A stretch of DNA of 32,000 bases, from the NCBI RefSeq assembly GCF_000008645.1, contig NC_000916.1:510001-542000 (forward strand), given 5' to 3'. The stretch is from Methanothermobacter thermautotrophicus str. Delta H (GTDB lineage: Archaea > Methanobacteriota > Methanobacteria > Methanobacteriales > Methanothermobacteraceae). Below the pieces are notes generated by a model that saw nothing but the letters and a program-made list of their open reading frames with translations, made no database searches and was not told where the DNA came from. Shown here piece after piece: positions 27,133 through 32,000 of this stretch (position 1 is the first letter of the stretch; each line of letters begins with the position of its first letter). Position numbers and translations under genes: made by a program.

Positions 27133-27302
27133 GCACATGACACTCTGCTATTCTGATCTCAAGATGCTGATTGGATCTACTTAAATGACACCTCTCGCCT
27201 ATGTCAGAACTGATGAGGCACAAACAGATAGGCCAGGTGAACTGCAGCACCCACCAATTCATGAGAAAAATTTAAATAAAAGTATGAACAACTCATGGAT
27301 CC

Positions 27303-27735
27303 ATGTACAGCATAATCGTATTCTGTGGAGGATATTACAGGTTCGATGAGTCCAGGGAGTTCATTGAAGACATTGGAGGTCTTATGATCAGCAGAGACGC
27401 TTTAAACATTAGAAAAGGAATATTTTTTCCTCAGAAATGAGCTGAGAGTCCTCTGCCTAGTTCTGAAGATGAAGTGGAGAACGTCACCCGTGAGGCCTCA
27501 AGGATAAGGTGAAATTGAGATACCCGTGGTTGCGGCGGATGCAGAGGATAGAATACTATCCTGCTTCGGGATACACCATATGCTTGCAGGGACTGACTGG
27601 AAATTCCGCTGATGAAAGAGAAAACCTCACAGGAATCCCTGCTGACTGAATCCCCAATACGATGGTGGAAATGGAACTGCTCAAAAGAAGACATGAAGGA
27701 GAATATGAATACCGGATTCCATTCACTGAAGACCG
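27303..27735 (+). pseudogene. Decayed paralog of the 26362..26784 gene (at least 4 frameshifts plus an in-frame TGA)
   Basis: Pieces in successive frames align to the intact copy. MYSIIVFCGGYYRFDESREFIEDIGGLMISRDALNIRKGIFF (frame 0) is followed by FLRNELRVLCLV (frame 1). SEDEVENVTREASRIR returns to frame 0 and GEIEIPVVAADAEDRILSCFGIHHMLAGTDW to frame 1. SADERENLTGIPAD, a TGA, and NTMVEMELLKRRHEGEYEYRIPF are in frame 2. Confidence 0.85.
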
Positions 27736-27798
27736 AGATAGGTTGAAAGGTGGGCATAAAGACATCAGCAATAAATACAACCTCCCACAGATAATGCT

Positions 27799-28056
27799 GT
27801 GGAGGATAAGATGAGAGGAGAAGTTCTCATACCAGCTGGAGTAATTCTGATAGTAGCGGGTATACTTTTAACCTTCATCGGAGGGGCCATAACAGCTGGC
27901 TCCCAGTCAAAGGATAAGGGTGAGGTGAAGGCTGCCGGGGTTGTCATGATAGGCCCCATACCCATAATCTTTGGAAGCGACAGAAACATGGCAATAACCG
28001 GCGTGGTCCTGGCACTGATCCTCATGGTCGTGGCCTATCTCCTCTTCTACAGGTAG
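27799..28056 (+). CDS. Small membrane protein, DUF131/TIGR00304-like
   Basis: Two TM helices flanking KGEVKAAGVVMIGPIPIIFGSDRN, which I recognise as the conserved core of this archaeal family. The likely start is ATG 27811, preceded by GGAGGA. Confidence 0.65.
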   Translation: MEDKMRGEVLIPAGVILIVAGILLTFIGGAITAGSQSKDKGEVKAAGVVMIGPIPIIFGSDRNMAITGVVLALILMVVAYLLFYR

Positions 28057-28063
28057 AGGTATC

Positions 28064-28915
28064 ATGATGAGGATCATAATGGTAACCGCAGGGAATTACG
28101 GTGCCAGGGTAGTTAACACCATGGCAGTTCACGGCCTCGCCCCACAGATTGTGGCCGTCTTCGACTACACAGGGGAGGGCGGGGATTTCCTCGATGACCC
28201 ATCATCCCTCCTCCCGGCCAGGACCCCTGATGCAGATCTAACCGTTGCAGCTGGACTTGGGGGTGACCTGAACCTTGTTGCAGCTGAGATAGCAGCTGAA
28301 TCAGGGTCAGGAGGTATCATAGTGGAATCACATGCCCCTGGCCAGCTACCTGATGGTCTGAGATCAGAGATAGACTCCCTGGTGGATTGTGCGATCTTCC
28401 CCACACCCTTCTGTTCCCTTGAACCCGTCGGGAACCCCCACATCGATGCCTTCGCATCCAGGTTCGGTAAACCTGAAGTTGAAATGGAGGGGAATGAAAG
28501 GGTGGTGTCGGTGAAGGTTAAAAGAAGCGCACCCTGCGGCTCCACCTTCTATGTTGCAGAGAACATAAGGGGGGTCCCCCTGGATGAGGTGGACGTGGCT
28601 GCAGGTGAAAAATTCCATAATTACCCCTGCCTGGCATCCATGGAGGTGGATCCACGCTTCGGGGATACACATCTACATGTGGCAGGTTACCTCACAAGGG
28701 AGGCCTTCAAGAGGGCCGCAGGGGTGCCGGGTGCCCATGCAGAGGTTGATCCCGAGGTCTGCAGGGGAGCTGAATGCGGATTCATCTGCATGGATGTTTG
28801 CCCCCTCGTGAGGTTATCCAGGGGGACGATAAGGAGGGGTGTGACCGCAGAGGTTGACCCATTCTCCTGCGGTGCCTGTGAGAAGTGCATGAGGGAATGC
28901 CCCTCAGGGCCATAA
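28064..28915 (+). CDS. DUF166-like protein with a C-terminal ferredoxin-type Cys cluster region
   Basis: The N-terminal region MRIIMVTAGNYGARVVN...SAPCGSTFYVAENIRG...FHNYPCLASM resembles the archaeal DUF166 family. The C-terminus has CRGAECGFICMDVCP and CGACEKCMRECP, i.e. CxxCxxCxxxCP-like 4Fe-4S motifs. The family name is from memory. Confidence 0.55.
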   Translation: MMRIIMVTAGNYGARVVNTMAVHGLAPQIVAVFDYTGEGGDFLDDPSSLLPARTPDADLTVAAGLGGDLNLVAAEIAAESGSGGIIVESHAPGQLPDGLRSEIDSLVDCAIFPTPFCSLEPVGNPHIDAFASRFGKPEVEMEGNERVVSVKVKRSAPCGSTFYVAENIRGVPLDEVDVAAGEKFHNYPCLASMEVDPRFGDTHLHVAGYLTREAFKRAAGVPGAHAEVDPEVCRGAECGFICMDVCPLVRLSRGTIRRGVTAEVDPFSCGACEKCMRECPSGP

Positions 28916-29005
28916 AAATGATGGGCCCCGGAAAAAAGATAATCAGGGGATGATAATCTGAGTGGAAAGGAAACTCGAGATAATAAAACAGGAAGTGTCA
29001 TATTC

Positions 29006-29740
29006 ATGGGGGCAGGGCCAGGAGACCCTGAACTCATAACACTGAAAGCTGTGCGCGCCCTCAGAGGGGCTGATGTTGTAATATACGCAGGTTCACTTGT
29101 AAACAGGGATATACTTGAATATGCGCCTGAAGATGCGGAGGTCCACAACAGCGCACACATGAACCTGGAGGAGATAACAGATATAATGGTGGAGGCCTGC
29201 AGGGCAGGTAAGACCGTTGCAAGGGTTCACACCGGTGACCCCTCAATCTACGGAGCCATAAAGGAACAGATAAGGGTTCTCGAGAAAAACAGCATACCCT
29301 ACACCATCATACCGGGTGTGAGTTCTGTCTTTGCAGCTGCAGCCACACTGAACACTGAGCTGACCCTCCCTGAGGTCTCCCAGACTGTCATAATAACAAG
29401 GCCCGCTGGAAGGACACCGGTACCTCCAGGTGAGGATCTTGAGGAGCTTGCAGTCCACGGGTCAACCATGTGCATCTTCCTGGGTGTTCATATGATAGAG
29501 GATGTTGCAGAAAAACTCATGACCCACTACCCGCCGGATACCCCTGTGGCCGTTGTTAAGAGGGCATCCTGGCCGGATGAAGAGGTTGTGAGGGGCACAC
29601 TGTCGGATATAGCTGAAAGGGTGAGGGCTGCCGGTATAAGTAAGACAGCCATGATCATTGTGGGGAGTGTGCTTGAACCAGGAGACTTCAAACCATCGAA
29701 ACTCTATGACGCCGGATTCAGCCATGAATACCGGCCCTGA
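29006..29740 (+). CDS. cbiF: Precorrin-4 / cobalt-precorrin-4 C11-methyltransferase
   Basis: GAGPGDPELITLKAVRALRGADVVIYAGSLV, VARVHTGDPSIYGA and IPGVSS are classic tetrapyrrole methylase motifs with CbiF/CobM spacing. The true start is probably upstream of 29006 (in-frame GSVIF precedes MGAGPGDP), but no canonical start exists there. Confidence 0.85.
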   Translation: MGAGPGDPELITLKAVRALRGADVVIYAGSLVNRDILEYAPEDAEVHNSAHMNLEEITDIMVEACRAGKTVARVHTGDPSIYGAIKEQIRVLEKNSIPYTIIPGVSSVFAAAATLNTELTLPEVSQTVIITRPAGRTPVPPGEDLEELAVHGSTMCIFLGVHMIEDVAEKLMTHYPPDTPVAVVKRASWPDEEVVRGTLSDIAERVRAAGISKTAMIIVGSVLEPGDFKPSKLYDAGFSHEYRP

Positions 29741-29812
29741 AAATCCTCCTTTAGATCAGAAAAAATATCTGTGAAATATTTAGATGCTCAAAAAAGCTGA
29801 ATAATCCGGACA

Positions 29813-30196
29813 TCAGAAGGTAACAAGCTTTATGTGTTTCATTTTACCGCAGGCAAGGAATCTCTCTGCAAGTTCCCTGACCCTCATGGATTCGCCCTCA
29901 ATTATGAAGAGCTCGAGGCAGTTTCCATCCTTGAGGTGGCTGTGGAGCTGGGTGCCTATTATGTCCTCATAGTCATGCTTTATTTTGGTGACCAGGTCCT
30001 CCACCCTTCTCGGGTGTATGAGGAATAGCACAGCATTTATTTCACCATTTAATTCGTGAAGATTCCTTTTCTCATCGATAAGCATCCTTGCAGCTACCCT
30101 TATTACGTCTGACCTTCCCGAGAATCCCAGCTCATCCCTCAGGGCGTCTATCTCCTCCAGGAGCTTTTCACCGAGTGAAACACTGACAACCACCAT
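29813..30196 (-). CDS. nikR: NikR-family nickel-responsive transcriptional regulator
   Basis: N-terminal ribbon-helix-helix ([37 protein letters not shown]). The C-terminal domain has KH...[12 protein letters not shown], i.e. H, HxH and C with the NikR high-affinity Ni-site spacing (HxHx5C). Confidence 0.8.
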
Positions 30197-30209
30197 GGAA
30201 GATCCTATC

Positions 30210-30248
30210 TTAATAAATGTTTATATATTTTATGTTAAAATTTATTAA
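30210..30248. promoter_or_regulatory. Perfect 9-bp inverted repeat TTAATAAAT-N21-ATTTATTAA in the nikR / ABC transporter divergent intergenic region; candidate operator overlapping TATA-like sequences
   Basis: ttaataaat at 30210-30218 and its exact reverse complement atttattaa at 30240-30248. The spacer contains tttatatatt. The region lies between the divergent starts at 30196 (minus) and 30313 (plus). Confidence 0.4.
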
Positions 30249-30312
30249 ATTTTATCGTTTATATTAACAATTATTATATGGTTGCGTTGACATAACTTAA
30301 CAGGGTGGTTGG

Positions 30313-31200
30313 ATGGAGAGGTGGAAGCCAGGTCTAATTGCAGTCATAACCGTCGTATCGGTGGCCGCCATGTACCTCATAACATCCACAACATCACCCT
30401 GGAGCAGTGGAGATAACATTACAGTCGCTGTGACCATAATGCCCCAGAAGGAATTCGTGGAGGCCATCGCCGGTGACCGTGCAGAGGTGGTTGTCCTAGT
30501 ACCCGAGGGGGCCGACCCACACACCTATGAGCCAGAACCAGAAACCCTCAGGAAGGTTTCAGAGGCCAGGGCCTACTTCATAGTGGGATCAGGAATCGAG
30601 TTCGAAAACCACTACCTCAACAAGATAAGGAGCATGAACCCCCGGATGAGGATAATAAACACCTCAAGGGGTATAGAATTAATCCCAAACCAGGGAGAAG
30701 ACCATCATCCAGCCGAAAGCCCCTATGACCCCCACGTATGGACATCCCCAGGAAACGCCATGATAATGGTTAACAACACCATGAGGGGCCTGCAGGAAAT
30801 CGACCCCACCGGCAGCAGATACTACCAGGAAAACGCAGGCCTCTACACTGAAAAGCTCATGGACCTCGACTTCAGGATCAGGAAGGCCCTTGAAAAAAGG
30901 AGAGGAGAGAGCATGCTGGTTTACCATCCAGCATGGGGTTACTTCTGCAGGCAATACGGATTAAAACAGGTGGCGATTGAAAGAGAGGGGAAGGAACCAG
31001 GGCCAGGAACACTCTCCATGATAATCCAGGATGCCAGAGAAGGTGGTGTGAGGGTCATAATGGTATCACCCCAGTTCAGCAGAAAGAACGCCGAGCTTAT
31101 AGCCCGTGAAATAGGTGCAGAGGTCGTTGTGGTGGACCCCCTTGGTGGAAACTACACGAAAAATATTGAAGCAATAGCAGAGGCTCTGAGGAGGAAATGA
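30313..31200 (+). CDS. ABC transporter metal-binding protein, ZnuA/TroA (cluster A-I) family
   Basis: N-terminal TM/signal anchor. Metal-ligand blocks GADPHTYEP, DPHVWTSP, YHPAWGYF and VVDPLG, plus a short His-containing loop (GEDHHPAESPY). Confidence 0.8.
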   Translation: MERWKPGLIAVITVVSVAAMYLITSTTSPWSSGDNITVAVTIMPQKEFVEAIAGDRAEVVVLVPEGADPHTYEPEPETLRKVSEARAYFIVGSGIEFENHYLNKIRSMNPRMRIINTSRGIELIPNQGEDHHPAESPYDPHVWTSPGNAMIMVNNTMRGLQEIDPTGSRYYQENAGLYTEKLMDLDFRIRKALEKRRGESMLVYHPAWGYFCRQYGLKQVAIEREGKEPGPGTLSMIIQDAREGGVRVIMVSPQFSRKNAELIAREIGAEVVVVDPLGGNYTKNIEAIAEALRRK

Positions 31201-31949
31201 ACATGCTCGCCATTGAAATGGAGGATTTAAGCTACTGCATCAATGGTAGGGAGATACTCAGGAACATAAACCTGAAGGTGCCCATGGGGGAACTCCTTGC
31301 AGTTATCGGACCAAACGGTGGTGGTAAAACAACCCTTCTCAGACTCATAACAGGGCAGATCAAACCAACCAGAGGAACCGTCAGGGTTCTTGGAATGAAA
31401 CCAGAGGATTCAAGGTCAAGGATTGGCTACCTCCCCCAGAGGAGCCACTTTGAAACCGACTTCCCCATCAACATCCTCCAGACCGTTCTGATTGGAACCT
31501 ACAGGAGATTCGAGGCACCCACAGATGATGACAGGAAAAAGGCCCTCAGGGCCCTTAAAATGGTTGGAATGCTGGAATACAGGGACCGGAAGATAGGCGA
31601 ACTCTCAGGCGGAGAACTCCAGAGGGTATTCCTTGCAAGGGCTCTTGTAAGAGAACCGGACCTCCTGCTGCTTGATGAACCAACAGCAAGCGTAGACCCT
31701 GCATTCAGGGGTTCATTCTACAGGATAATCGATGAGCTGAGGGATGAAATGACCATAGTTATAGTATCCCATGACATAGGAACAGTGGCACGGCATGTGG
31801 ACAGTGTTGCCTGCCTCAACCACCGGCTTTTCGTGCATGGAACCGTTGAGGAGGCCCTAAAATGCATTGATGATGCTTACGGATGTCCCGTGGAGTTACT
31901 TGCACATGGAATACCCCATAGAGTTCTTGAAGATCATCCCGATGAATGA
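31197..31949 (+). CDS. ABC transporter ATP-binding protein (ZnuC/TroB-like)
   Basis: Walker A GPNGGGKTT, signature LSGGELQR, Walker B LLLLDEP, H-loop SHD. ATGA overlap with the binding-protein gene. Confidence 0.9.
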   Translation: MNMLAIEMEDLSYCINGREILRNINLKVPMGELLAVIGPNGGGKTTLLRLITGQIKPTRGTVRVLGMKPEDSRSRIGYLPQRSHFETDFPINILQTVLIGTYRRFEAPTDDDRKKALRALKMVGMLEYRDRKIGELSGGELQRVFLARALVREPDLLLLDEPTASVDPAFRGSFYRIIDELRDEMTIVIVSHDIGTVARHVDSVACLNHRLFVHGTVEEALKCIDDAYGCPVELLAHGIPHRVLEDHPDE

Positions 31950-32000
31950 TTGAAATGCTGAATTCCCGGTATCCGAGTACAATGAGAAGATGACAGCATC

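Noticed and set aside
31946-32000. Possible start of the ABC permease gene (ATG 31955 MLNSRYPSTMRR*, or ATG 31990 MTA...).
   Set aside because: Only about 50 nt remain. The first candidate terminates after 12 codons and the second has 3 codons in the window, so I cannot support a call.

Overview
This is a dense, almost entirely protein-coding archaeal chromosome segment. The gene content includes PriS/PriL primase, an archaeal class I CCA-adding enzyme, the archaeal aroA'/aroB' route to 3-dehydroquinate, pantoate kinase, NikR, a CooC-like ATPase and CbiF. This points to a methanogen of the Methanobacteriales, Methanothermobacter-like; that is my recognition from the translations, not a search result. 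I saw no rRNA, tRNA, CRISPR array, transposase or integrase. About 37 coding regions are supported. The most interesting locus is a minus-strand cluster at 22231-26284. It holds two small proteins with class III (type IV pilin-like) signal features, a Roadblock/LC7 protein, a fusion of a Walker-A-less KaiC-like domain to a small Ras-like GTPase, and two tandem KaiC/RecA-like ATPases. The last four genes have start/stop coupling, and a TPR protein lies downstream. Other notable points: (1) a low-GC three-gene operon at 3400-5379 (flavin-reductase-like, RmlC-like cupin, CooC-like ATPase); (2) a 60-bp tandem repeat starting at the pantoate kinase stop codon; (3) a 47-bp perfect duplication of a gene 3' end; (4) duplicated TATA-like elements upstream of two minus-strand genes; (5) an intact gene at 26362-26784 with a heavily decayed paralog at 27303-27735; (6) a NikR homolog divergent from a ZnuA/TroA-type ABC transporter, with a perfect 9-bp inverted repeat between them. 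The window also has an unusually high number of single-nucleotide frame disruptions in well-conserved genes (htpX, RmlC-like, HprK/PEPCK-like P-loop gene, pilin-like gene) and missing canonical starts (PHP phosphoesterase, cbiF). These may be sequencing errors rather than biology. All homology calls come from reading the provided translations and recognising motifs. No database search was run.
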